A DNA stretch of 64,000 nt. Origin: Armatimonadota bacterium. Lineage in GTDB: Bacteria > Armatimonadota > SYMT01. Shown piece after piece: positions 49,718 through 58,711 of the stretch. Made by a program: the position numbers and the translations under genes. Position 1 is the stretch's first letter. Every line of letters begins with the position of its first letter. Where the stretch lies: positions 64,001 to 128,000 of the forward strand of contig JAWLHY010000005.1 in assembly GCA_041690135.1 (NCBI GenBank). The letters are read 5' to 3'. Under the pieces are notes generated by a model, which was not told the origin of the DNA, searched no databases, and was given only the letters and a program-made list of their open reading frames with translations.

Positions 49718-50089
49718 CTGGGGAGGGATCCGTCAGAAAGTGAGCGCTCCGGACCAACAGCGGAGAAACTCGCTGCGACATGGAGCCCTTAAGTAGGATA
49801 CAGAAACAACACCCGGCGCCCGGAGATCCGCCCCATCCGGTCCGTCTCGCGACCTCTTCGGGGTGGTTCCGCCACGGGCGATTTCCTTTGCCGCTCCGGC
49901 AGCAGGTCCGGTGGTACGAGAGTTCTGTCGCCGGCTTCAGGGGCCTTGCTAACCTCGCTAGCAGTATAATGCATGCCACCCAGCTGGGGAAGAAACCGGC
50001 TAAAGTTCTTCATCGCTAACACCTGCCGCTGCTGAAGTTATTTCGCGCATCCGGACCTCTCATCCCGGTCTCACACCCGCCGAAGACTT

Positions 50090-51052
50090 ATGATTGACAT
50101 TCTCCTGACCGAAGAGATCCTCGATCCCTCCATCGACGAGCTTTCCTCTCGCTATCTCCTGGTGCAGGAGCCCCAGCTCTGGCGCGATCGCGCCGCTCTC
50201 CTGTCGCGTTTGCGCGGGGTACAGGCGGTGATGGTCCGGAACATGACCCGCATCGACCGGGAGTTCCTGGACGCGGCTTCGGATCTCCAGGTGGTGGGAC
50301 GCATCGGGGTGGGTCTGGATAACCTCGATCTGCGGGCGCTTTCGGAGCGGGGCGTGGTAGTCTGTTATCCGCCGGAAGAGAATGCCGTATCCGTGGCGGA
50401 GCACGTATTCGCGATGATGTTGGGGTTTGCCAGGAAGCTGGTGGCTGCCGACCGCTGCGTGCGGGAAGGACGTTGGGACCGGTATGCCTACGTGGGGTTC
50501 GAGCTGGCCGGTAAGACCCTGGGCATCCTCGGCCTGGGGAGAATTGGCTTCCGCGTAGCGATGCGGGCCCGCGCCTTCGGGATGAAGGTGATGGCCTACG
50601 ATCCTTATCTCGCCTCGCAGCACCCCTATGTTACGGAGTGCGGCGCGGAACTCGTTTCTCTTCCATGGGTCCTGCGGGAAGCGGACATCGTGAGCTGCCA
50701 TCTGCCGCTGACCGACGAGACGCGCGGGCTGATTTCCGACGACGCGCTGGCGATGATGAAGCCGAACGCACTGCTGATCAACACGTCGCGCGGCCCCGTG
50801 GTGGACGAAGCGGCCCTGTACCGGGCACTCCAGAACGGCTTCCTGGCCGGTGCGGCGCTCGACGTGCGCGAGACGGAGCCGCCGGGGGACAGTCCGCTGC
50901 ATTCTCTGGCGAACGTCCTCCTCACCCCGCACATCGCGAGTTGGACCGAAGAATCCCTCCACCGCGTCATCAGCACCGTGGTCGGTGACGTGGACCGCGT
51001 GTTGTCCGGGCAACCGGCTCGGAACTACGTGAACTTCCCCTTACCCCGCTAG
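50090..51052 (+). CDS. D-2-hydroxyacid dehydrogenase (SerA-like)
   Basis: GVGLDNLD, GLGRIG, INTSRG, DVRETEP, TPHIA. Confidence 0.92.
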   Translation: MIDILLTEEILDPSIDELSSRYLLVQEPQLWRDRAALLSRLRGVQAVMVRNMTRIDREFLDAASDLQVVGRIGVGLDNLDLRALSERGVVVCYPPEENAVSVAEHVFAMMLGFARKLVAADRCVREGRWDRYAYVGFELAGKTLGILGLGRIGFRVAMRARAFGMKVMAYDPYLASQHPYVTECGAELVSLPWVLREADIVSCHLPLTDETRGLISDDALAMMKPNALLINTSRGPVVDEAALYRALQNGFLAGAALDVRETEPPGDSPLHSLANVLLTPHIASWTEESLHRVISTVVGDVDRVLSGQPARNYVNFPLPR

Positions 51053-51076
51053 ATCGACTGCACTGGAACCTCGAAA

Positions 51077-52072
51077 ATGCCCAAGACCGTAGCCATCACC
51101 GCCCTGGCCATCGCCAACGAAGAGAATGAAGTCGCTTATACTTTGAAGGAGCAGGGATACACCCTCGCCCTTCATCCGCATATGGTCATGCCCAACCGGG
51201 ATGAACTGCGCGCGCTCCTTGCGGACGCCGTGGGCGTGATTGCGGGAAGCGAGCCGTACACCCGCGAGGTGATGGATGAGGCGAAGCATCTCCGGGTGAT
51301 CTCTCGAAACGGGGTGGGTTACGACGCGATCGACGTGGCGGCCGCTACCGATCTCGGGATCGTGGTCACCTACACCCCGGATGCGATGGTCGATACCGTG
51401 GCGGACCTGGCTCTTGGTCTGCTGCTGGGAGTGGCCCGCCGGATCCCCGAACTGGACGCCCGCATGAAGAAGGGTGAATGGCACCGGGTGATCGGGGCCG
51501 ACGTCTCCGGCAAAACGCTCGGCCTGGTGGGTACCGGCCGCATCGGCATGGCCACCGCGCGCCGTGCGAAGGCGTTCAATATGCGGTTGGTGGGCTTCGA
51601 TCCGTATCCCAACCCGCTGTTCGTCGAGGAACTCGGCGGAGATTACCTGCCGCTCGAGGAGTTGTTCGAAGTGGCCGACTTCGTCAGCCTTCACGTACCT
51701 TCCACGGCGGGGACGCGCAACCTGGTTTCCGGAGAGCTCCTGGCTCGCCTCAAGCCGACCACGTTCCTGATCAACACGGCGCGCGGCACCTTGATCGACG
51801 AGGCCGCGCTGTTGCAGTACCTGCAGGAAGGCCGGCTCGCGGGTGCGGCGCTGGATGTTTTCAGCCAGGAGCCGCCCGCTCCCGGCTCCGCGGCGGAAGA
51901 GTTGGCGAAGCACCCCCGTGTGGTGGCGCTGCCGCACGTGGCCTCCTTCACCCCGAATACGGTGGCCCGGATGGGCCGGGGTGCGTGCCGGAACCTCCTC
52001 TCGGTCCTGAGCGGTACGCGCGACGCGGAGATCGTGAACCCCGAAGTCTTCGAGCGGGGCCTTCGGTCGTAG
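51077..52072 (+). CDS. D-2-hydroxyacid dehydrogenase (SerA-like)
   Basis: GVGYDAID, GTGRIG, INTARG, DVFSQEP, LPHVA. Confidence 0.92.
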   Translation: MPKTVAITALAIANEENEVAYTLKEQGYTLALHPHMVMPNRDELRALLADAVGVIAGSEPYTREVMDEAKHLRVISRNGVGYDAIDVAAATDLGIVVTYTPDAMVDTVADLALGLLLGVARRIPELDARMKKGEWHRVIGADVSGKTLGLVGTGRIGMATARRAKAFNMRLVGFDPYPNPLFVEELGGDYLPLEELFEVADFVSLHVPSTAGTRNLVSGELLARLKPTTFLINTARGTLIDEAALLQYLQEGRLAGAALDVFSQEPPAPGSAAEELAKHPRVVALPHVASFTPNTVARMGRGACRNLLSVLSGTRDAEIVNPEVFERGLRS

Positions 52073-52092
52073 GCTGGGAGCCGACCGGAGCC

Positions 52093-52818
52093 ATGCCGAG
52101 ACCCGTCATCGTCGGCCATCGCGGGGCGGCTGCGGTCGCCCCCGAGAATACCCTCTCCTCGTTCCAGGCCGCCGAGGCCGCCGGAGCGGAAGGGGTCGAG
52201 CTGGACGTGCGGCTAACCCTTGATGGCGTCGTGGTCTGTTTCCATGACGATCGCCTTGACCGTCTCACCCCGGCTCGAGGTCCGCTCGCGGAGCGGACCT
52301 GGGCCGAACTGGCGGAATTCCGTGTGTTGCCCGGCGCCTTCCACGGTGCGTTTCCGGATGCTCGCATCCCTACACTCGGCGAAGTCTATACCGCACTCGC
52401 CGCCGGTACTCGGGTCGTGGTGGAGATGAAGGCAGTGCCCGCCGACGAGGAACTGCTGGTCGAACGCACCCTCGCAATCATTGAGAGCGCCGGCGCCCTG
52501 GCGCGGACACGGATCATTTCCTTCGAGCAGGATCTGTTGCGCCGTGTGCGGCGACGCAATTCCTCGGTAGCTCTGGGCGTACTGGCCGGCCGGGGCGATT
52601 TCCCTACCCTGTACCCGCGCGCCCAAGAAGTGGGCGCCGCGGTCCTGCATGTCCACCACTCCCTCCTCGATGCCCCGTTTCTTACCGAAGCGCACGACAG
52701 AGGTTTCTTCGTGAACGCCTGGACGGTAAACACAGTAGAAGCGGCGCGCCGGTTGTCCGCCCTGGGCGCGGATGAGATCACCACCGACGATCCCGCGCTG
52801 CTGCTTCGAAGCAGTTGA
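52093..52818 (+). CDS. Glycerophosphodiester phosphodiesterase
   Basis: GHRGA...PENT, ELDV, HDD, EMK, WTVN, ITTDDP; GGAG RBS before 52093. Confidence 0.92.
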   Translation: MPRPVIVGHRGAAAVAPENTLSSFQAAEAAGAEGVELDVRLTLDGVVVCFHDDRLDRLTPARGPLAERTWAELAEFRVLPGAFHGAFPDARIPTLGEVYTALAAGTRVVVEMKAVPADEELLVERTLAIIESAGALARTRIISFEQDLLRRVRRRNSSVALGVLAGRGDFPTLYPRAQEVGAAVLHVHHSLLDAPFLTEAHDRGFFVNAWTVNTVEAARRLSALGADEITTDDPALLLRSS

Positions 52819-52890
52819 TCCGGGAGCAGTGCGGCGTGTGAACCGAACCGTGCTCTCCCCCGGGAACTTCGAAACGGGAGCAGGGACGGT

Positions 52891-54171
52891 ATGCAAACGC
52901 TGGAGCAGCGGGGATTGGTGTCGGCGGAAGAAGTGTTCGCAAAACTTCGTCGCACGGCGCCCGAGCCGGGGATGGTTCTTCCCGACTATGCGGAGTACTC
53001 GATCTGCAACATCGCACCGCTGATCCACCAGAACTTCGGTCTGGCGAACCGCTGCCCCGATTGCCTCCAGCCCCTGCTCGACCGTAAGTACAAGCGTATT
53101 TTACTGCTGATCCTGGATGCTCTGGGCTGGAACCAGGTGCATCACTTTCTTCCCCACCTGCCGCCGCTGCAGCGGATCTACGAACGGGCGCAAGTGCTCC
53201 CCTTGACGGTGCCCTTCCCATCCACCACGACGGTCGCGCTTACCGGGATCTATACGGGTCTCACCCCGGTAGAGCACGGCATCAGCGGTCACATGGTCTA
53301 CCTCCGGGAGCTTGGGGCGGTCGTGGACATCCTCAAATTCTCGCCCGTTGGGGAGCCGCGACGGGATGTTTATGCCGAGCGCGGCGTGGATGTGCGGCAG
53401 CTCTTCCCCGTCACGACGGTGTTCCAGCCGCTGCGGGAGGCGGGCCTGGAAGCCATGTCCATTACGCGTGCCCAGTTTACGAACACGGCGTTGGGCCGGC
53501 TGCACCACGTAGGTGCGGAGGTTCGCGGTTACCTGTGCGGCGCCGACCTGTTCGTCCTGATGCGCAAAGCGTTGCAGAAGCGCACGGGTCCGGGGCTGAT
53601 CAGCGTGTACTGGGACGAGGTGGATATGCTCTCCCATGAGTACGGTCCTTTCTCCCAGATGGTGCGCGCCTCCATCGACCGCTTCTTCTACTCCTTGGAG
53701 CGGGAGATCCTGGACCGCCTCACGGACGAGGAGCGGGAGGACACGCTGCTGCTGATGGTGGCGGATCATGGCCAAACGACCTGCCATCCGGAAGAGGCCG
53801 TGTACCTGGGCGAGCAGCGGAGGCTGTGGGACCTTTGTATGCTGCCCCCCGCCGGGCAGTCTCGCTCGGCGTATCTCTACGCCAACCAGGGAGAGTTTAT
53901 GGCGCTCGGCGAGGAACTGGGCCACTTCGAGGACCGCTTGATGATCCGGAGCAGTGAGGAAGCGCTGCGTGCCGGGCTCTTCGGTCCTCCCGAGCACCGC
54001 CACCGCATCCGGCGGCGCGTGGGCGACTATCTCGCCCTCGGTCGCAAGGGATCGCAGGTGCTCGGTGTGGAAGTGCTCCGTGACCAGGAAGCGCCCCGCG
54101 GCCGCCACGGCAGCCTGAGCGAGGACGAAATGCTGGTCCCGCTCCTGGCTCTGCCTTTGGACGGGTGGTAG
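52891..54171 (+). CDS. Alkaline phosphatase superfamily (NPP-type) protein
   Basis: LILDALG, FPSTT, HGI, DMLSHEYGP, VADHG, GRHGS. Confidence 0.88.
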   Translation: MQTLEQRGLVSAEEVFAKLRRTAPEPGMVLPDYAEYSICNIAPLIHQNFGLANRCPDCLQPLLDRKYKRILLLILDALGWNQVHHFLPHLPPLQRIYERAQVLPLTVPFPSTTTVALTGIYTGLTPVEHGISGHMVYLRELGAVVDILKFSPVGEPRRDVYAERGVDVRQLFPVTTVFQPLREAGLEAMSITRAQFTNTALGRLHHVGAEVRGYLCGADLFVLMRKALQKRTGPGLISVYWDEVDMLSHEYGPFSQMVRASIDRFFYSLEREILDRLTDEEREDTLLLMVADHGQTTCHPEEAVYLGEQRRLWDLCMLPPAGQSRSAYLYANQGEFMALGEELGHFEDRLMIRSSEEALRAGLFGPPEHRHRIRRRVGDYLALGRKGSQVLGVEVLRDQEAPRGRHGSLSEDEMLVPLLALPLDGW

Positions 54172-54242
54172 GACTCCTTGTAATTCCCTTGCGGTCGCGA
54201 CGGAAGGAGCTTGGTCGAATACCCGTGTTGAGTAAGCCGGAA

Positions 54243-54392
54243 CGTAGGGAATGTGACGCCGTTCCATTCCGAAGTCAGCAAAGCTGATCCTGTTGTGCCA
54301 GATGGAACCAGATCGGAACCCGTGTCGCTACGCGCTGGCAGAACGGGATCAGTTCCAGGCCAGCCGAACGCTACGGCGAGACGTTCCCTACG
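54243..54392 (+). ncRNA. 6S RNA-like rod-shaped RNA
   Basis: Closing stem 54243-62 / 54373-92, central bubble of 19/18 nt, apical stem 54282-301 / 54335-54; G-U pairs form only on the + strand. Confidence 0.6.
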
Positions 54393-54526
54393 GGCGCCGC
54401 TCACAGAGAATGGCAGAGGGCGCCTCCCCTTCATCAAAGTGACAGCGAACGGCCACCTCCTTCTCTCCCGGCTTTAGAGGAAAACTCCCGGCCATCGAAG
54501 GACATGGGACTCGGAGGAACCTGAAG

Positions 54527-54970
54527 ATGTCCGAGACGCAGGAAGATCTGTCGCAGTTTGTGGAGGGGGGAGCGGGTATCTTTTGCATTCGCGCGCCCGA
54601 GACCTGCCGGAACTGGAACGGCATCCGGTACAAGCCGGGTCTCTCGGCGAAGAACACCCCCGCTCGCAAGCTTTCGATGAACGTGGCGACCATCCCGCCC
54701 GGCGGGGTTGCCTACGCCCACATCCACGTCGATTTCGACGTGATGCTCTACATCCTGCAGGGGAAGGTCCGGCACATCTATGGGCCCGGCCTGAAGGAGA
54801 CGGTCGACAACGAGGCGGGCGACTTCATCTACATCGAGCCGGGCGTTCCGCACGAGGTGTACAACCTCAGCGACACCGAGCCGGTGATGGCGGTGGTGGC
54901 CCGCTCCGACGCCAGCGAGTGGGAGAACATCATCCCCTACGACCGGAACGCCGACGCAGCGGCCGGTTGA
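54527..54970 (+). CDS. Cupin domain protein
   Basis: IPPGGVAYAHIH...GDFIYIEPGVPH; GGAGG RBS. Confidence 0.88.
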   Translation: MSETQEDLSQFVEGGAGIFCIRAPETCRNWNGIRYKPGLSAKNTPARKLSMNVATIPPGGVAYAHIHVDFDVMLYILQGKVRHIYGPGLKETVDNEAGDFIYIEPGVPHEVYNLSDTEPVMAVVARSDASEWENIIPYDRNADAAAG

Positions 54971-55141
54971 AGGTTGGCAAGTCGTAGGTTGAAAGTTGAA
55001 GGTTGAGTGTTGTAGGTTGTCCCCCGAACACCCGAACACCCGACCACCCGAACACCCGAACACCTGACCACCCGACCACCGGCGGATGGGACGTTCGCGC
55101 TCCCAACGTTTACCACCCGAGGGGTGGACCAATGCCTAACA
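54965..55141 (+). repeat. Composite repeat element, copy 1 (heptamers + octamers + REP-like + hairpin)
   Basis: aggttga-type 7-mers 54965-55020, cccgaaca/cctgacca 8-mers 55022-55080, ggcggatgggacgttcgcgctcc, aacgtttaccacccgaggggtgg. Confidence 0.85.
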
Positions 55142-56385
55142 CCCCCTGCCAATTGGATGCGGCCGATCCCCTCGCACGGTTCCGCGACCGGTTCGTCATC
55201 GAGGACCCGGAGGAGATCTACCTGGACGGCAACTCCCTCGGCCGGTTACCCAAAGCCACGGCGGAGCGGCTCGCCCGGGTGGTGCGGGAGCAGTGGGGCC
55301 GGGAGCTGATCGGAAGCTGGAACGAGCACTGGTTCGACCTGCCACGGCGAGTCGGCGGCAAGATCGCCGGGGTTGTCGGGGCCGGTCCGGACGAGGTGGT
55401 GGTCGCGGACTCGACGTCCGTCAACCTCTTCAAGCTGGCGCTGGCGGCGTGTCGCGCTCGGCCGGACCGGCGGAAGATCGTGACGGACGATCTCAACTTT
55501 CCGTCCGACGTGTACGTGCTCCAATCCGTGGCGGAGTTGGCCGGGCCGGACCACCAGGTGGTGATTGTCCCTTCCGCCGATGGGATGACCGTCCCCCTCG
55601 AAAGCCTGTCCGCAGCGATCGGTGAGGATACGGCCCTGGTGGCGCTGTCCCACACCACCTTCAAGAGCGCCTTCGTCCACGACCTCGCCGGGGTGACTGA
55701 AGTCGCGCACCGGCGGGGCGCGCTGGTGCTCTGGGACCTGAGCCACTCCGCCGGCGCGGTACCGGTGGGCCTGAACGCAGCCGGTGCCGATCTGGCCGTG
55801 GGGTGCACCTACAAGTTTCTCAATGGTGGCCCAGGCGCTCCGGCCTACCTCTACGTCCGCAAAGATCTGCAGTCGCAGTTCGGCAATCCGATCGCCGGCT
55901 GGTTTGGGCGCGCGGACCCCTTCCGCTTTGATCTGGGCTACGAGCCACTCCCCGACGTGCGACGCTTCCTGACCGGCACGCCGCCCATCCTCTCGCTGGC
56001 GGCGATCGAGCCGGGTGTTGAGCTGGTGCTGGAGGCCGGGATCGCGGCGATCCGGGAGAAGTCGGTCCGGCAAACGGACTACCTCGTCGAACTCTGGGAA
56101 GAACGCCTGGCGCCGCTCGGCTACACTCTGAACTCCCCCCGCGACAGTGCCGCCCGCGCCTCCCACATTTCGCTGGGACATCCCGAGGGCTACCGGATCA
56201 ACCGCGCGCTGATCGAGCGGTACCGCGTGGTCCCCGACTTCCGCGCCCCGGACAACATCCGCCTGGGAGTTTCGCCGCTCTACACCACCTTCACGGAAAT
56301 CGCCCGCGCTGTCGAAGCACTGGCACTGACGGTCGAAGAGTGCATCTACGAGCAGTTTTCAGCCGCTCAGGAGGGAGTCACCTGA
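55132..56385 (+). CDS. kynU: Kynureninase
   Basis: LDAADPL...IYLDGNSLG, DSTSVNLFK, WDLSHSAG, GCTYKFLNGGPG (PLP Lys), PDFRAPD. Confidence 0.95.
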   Translation: MPNTPCQLDAADPLARFRDRFVIEDPEEIYLDGNSLGRLPKATAERLARVVREQWGRELIGSWNEHWFDLPRRVGGKIAGVVGAGPDEVVVADSTSVNLFKLALAACRARPDRRKIVTDDLNFPSDVYVLQSVAELAGPDHQVVIVPSADGMTVPLESLSAAIGEDTALVALSHTTFKSAFVHDLAGVTEVAHRRGALVLWDLSHSAGAVPVGLNAAGADLAVGCTYKFLNGGPGAPAYLYVRKDLQSQFGNPIAGWFGRADPFRFDLGYEPLPDVRRFLTGTPPILSLAAIEPGVELVLEAGIAAIREKSVRQTDYLVELWEERLAPLGYTLNSPRDSAARASHISLGHPEGYRINRALIERYRVVPDFRAPDNIRLGVSPLYTTFTEIARAVEALALTVEECIYEQFSAAQEGVT

Positions 56386-56398
56386 CGGAGGTTCGCGC

Positions 56399-57922
56399 AT
56401 GCTCGCACGTTGTCGCCTGGCCGTACCGGTGATACTTCGGGCGTTTTGGCTCGGTGTCGCACTGCTGATGCTCGCCTCCGGCGCCTCGGCCATCGGCCCA
56501 TTTCCTTCCGTGCTCAACCCGCGCACGTACCGTTCACCCTCCGGGGAGTACGAGTTGCTGGTGAACCCGACGAAGCGGTACGGGGAAGGCCCCGCATGGT
56601 ATCGCCTCCGGAAGAAGGGGCACGAAATCTGGGGCGGCAAGCGTCCGTTCACCCTGTCGGAGGCCGAGGTGGCCGACGATGGGACTGTCGGCGGCTATGC
56701 CTACCTTGGCGGCGAAGACAGCGACGACCATCCCTTTGCCGTGGTGGTGATCGCACCCAACGGTCGAACGGTGACGGATCACCGCACCGCACGAAGCTCC
56801 AGCCGGTTTCTGCATACCTTTCCCAATCCCCGTGCCCAGGGCATGTTCCTCGATCTCGCGACACGGGAATTGGTCGTCCGGGTAGCGGACGAGGACGTGA
56901 ACGCTGCCGTCGAGTGGTGGTGGCGATATCCGCTCACAGAGAGCCGGACCGAAGGGGGACCGACGGTAATCCTCCACGAGGGGAAACCCTCGCGCCAGGC
57001 GAAAGGGCGAAACTCCGGCGAGACCTCCCGCCCGTCGCCGAAGGCAGAACGCAAGGCCGGCCCTACCATTCCACGACGTTCGCTCGTTCTCCAGGGGGCA
57101 GTGCACTTGCAGCCCCGCGGTGGAATGGACTTTCCGGAAGATGCATCCGCGGAGATCGCACAGTGTGCGCTTGGCGCGGGGCGGGTGGTGTACTTGCTGG
57201 AATCACCCTCCGGAAGGATTCACACTTTCGACGTGGCGGGGCGTCCGCTCCGGGTACTACAACCGGGCGGGCCACCCCCCACCTCGAGAATGTCTACTTC
57301 CTTCGCCATCTCGCCGCGCGGTGAGGTTCAGCTCATCGGCACCGATGGTGGTCTCCAATGGCAACGTGTGGCGCGGTTCGGTCCGGCGGGAAGCTTTCTG
57401 GGCTGGCAACCAGTGGAAGGAGACTCCTTCCTTCGGTGGCATTACCATTCCCCCACCGGTCGCCGGTGGGAGATCGATTCCGAACGAATTGTCCTCCGGA
57501 GTTTCCGCGGTCAGAAGCTCTGGGAGACCGAGCGATTTCCCGATCAGACCTGGTTGGATTGGCCGGATGACACGGCCGTCGCACCTGGTGGCGCATTGGT
57601 CGGGTTATGGGGAGTGTTGGGCTCCGAACCGGCTCTGTTGTGCGTGTTCGGAGCCGATGGACGGTCGGGAGCGATGTTCCGCCTGCCGGAGAAAGGGGAT
57701 GCGGAACACGGAATGTTCCTGGCGTCGGACGGTCGCCGCATCTTCGTGGTGGATCGGATCTCGGTGCTAGCGCTCGACCTGTCGGGAAAGCCCCTCTGGC
57801 GGGCACGCATCCCGGAGAAGCTCGTCTTGCAAAAGAGTGTGCTGTTGCCGATGGTTGATCCTCACCGGAACGAGTTGCTGCTGTACAATAGGAAGAGGAC
57901 CCTTTACCGATTCGCCCTGTGA
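56399..57922 (+). CDS. Hypothetical secreted protein, possibly beta-propeller
   Basis: GGAGG RBS, signal peptide (ASA|I), repeated strand-x-P-x-G units; fills the gap between co-oriented genes. Confidence 0.7.
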   Translation: MLARCRLAVPVILRAFWLGVALLMLASGASAIGPFPSVLNPRTYRSPSGEYELLVNPTKRYGEGPAWYRLRKKGHEIWGGKRPFTLSEAEVADDGTVGGYAYLGGEDSDDHPFAVVVIAPNGRTVTDHRTARSSSRFLHTFPNPRAQGMFLDLATRELVVRVADEDVNAAVEWWWRYPLTESRTEGGPTVILHEGKPSRQAKGRNSGETSRPSPKAERKAGPTIPRRSLVLQGAVHLQPRGGMDFPEDASAEIAQCALGAGRVVYLLESPSGRIHTFDVAGRPLRVLQPGGPPPTSRMSTSFAISPRGEVQLIGTDGGLQWQRVARFGPAGSFLGWQPVEGDSFLRWHYHSPTGRRWEIDSERIVLRSFRGQKLWETERFPDQTWLDWPDDTAVAPGGALVGLWGVLGSEPALLCVFGADGRSGAMFRLPEKGDAEHGMFLASDGRRIFVVDRISVLALDLSGKPLWRARIPEKLVLQKSVLLPMVDPHRNELLLYNRKRTLYRFAL

Positions 57923-57934
57923 GGAGCCCATGCC

Positions 57935-58711
57935 ATGCGACGCCTACTCCGATCTGTTCCTTTGCGCCTGTTGACGGCGGCATCCCTTATTGGGGCACTG
58001 GTCGTCACCACGGCCACCCAGAGCGGCGCCCAGCGACCAGTGAGTTCCGCCAGGACGACCAAAGCTCCGCGCTACGAGTACCGCACTTTCCACGACCCGA
58101 ACGGGACCGGGAAGTTCTACATGGGGCGCGAGATCGCCCAGGTGATGGGACATCTTGCGGCGGGTTGGCTGGAGCGTCCGGAACGCGAGGTGGAGGAGCA
58201 GCCGGCAAAGCTCATGGCGGCGCTCAAGCTCAAGCCGGGTGACGTGGTAGCGGATATCGGGGCCGGCAGCGGGTACTTCACCTTCCGGCTGGCCGACCAG
58301 GTCGGCCCGCAGGGGAAGGTGTACGCCGTCGATATTCAGCCCGAGATGCTCGACATCATCCGAAAGCGGATGAAGGAACGGCAGGTGACGCACGTGGTGC
58401 CCGTGCTCGGCGAGATCACCGACCCGAAGCTGCCACCCAACTCCGTGGACCTGATGTTGATGGTGGACGTTTACCACGAGTTCTCGCACCCGTGGGAGAT
58501 GACCACCAATATGGTCCGGGCGCTCAAGCCGGGCGGGCGTCTCGTGTTCGTGGAGTACCGGCTGGAAGACCCGCGGGTGCCGATCAAGCTCGTGCACAAG
58601 ATGAGTGAGGCGCAGGTCCGCCTTGAGATGCAGCCGCACCCGCTTACCTGGGTCGAAACGGTCCGCACCCTCCCCTGGCAGCACGTGGTGATCTTCAAAA
58701 AGAAGTCTTAA
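57935..58711 (+). CDS. Class I SAM-dependent methyltransferase with predicted signal peptide
   Basis: YMGREIAQVM, VADIGAGSGY, LKPGG; hydrophobic N-terminus. Confidence 0.88.
   Translation: MRRLLRSVPLRLLTAASLIGALVVTTATQSGAQRPVSSARTTKAPRYEYRTFHDPNGTGKFYMGREIAQVMGHLAAGWLERPEREVEEQPAKLMAALKLKPGDVVADIGAGSGYFTFRLADQVGPQGKVYAVDIQPEMLDIIRKRMKERQVTHVVPVLGEITDPKLPPNSVDLMLMVDVYHEFSHPWEMTTNMVRALKPGGRLVFVEYRLEDPRVPIKLVHKMSEAQVRLEMQPHPLTWVETVRTLPWQHVVIFKKKS

Noticed and set aside
49965-49970. TATAAT promoter upstream of the dehydrogenase pair
   Set aside because: No convincing -35 element at the right spacing
51478-52092. Long N-terminal extension of the GDPD ORF
   Set aside because: Out-of-frame overlap with the dehydrogenase gene; the family motif and RBS begin at 52093
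55003-55131. PNTRTPDH repeats as the kynU N-terminus
   Set aside because: Translation of a non-coding 8-mer DNA repeat that recurs at 61460-61600
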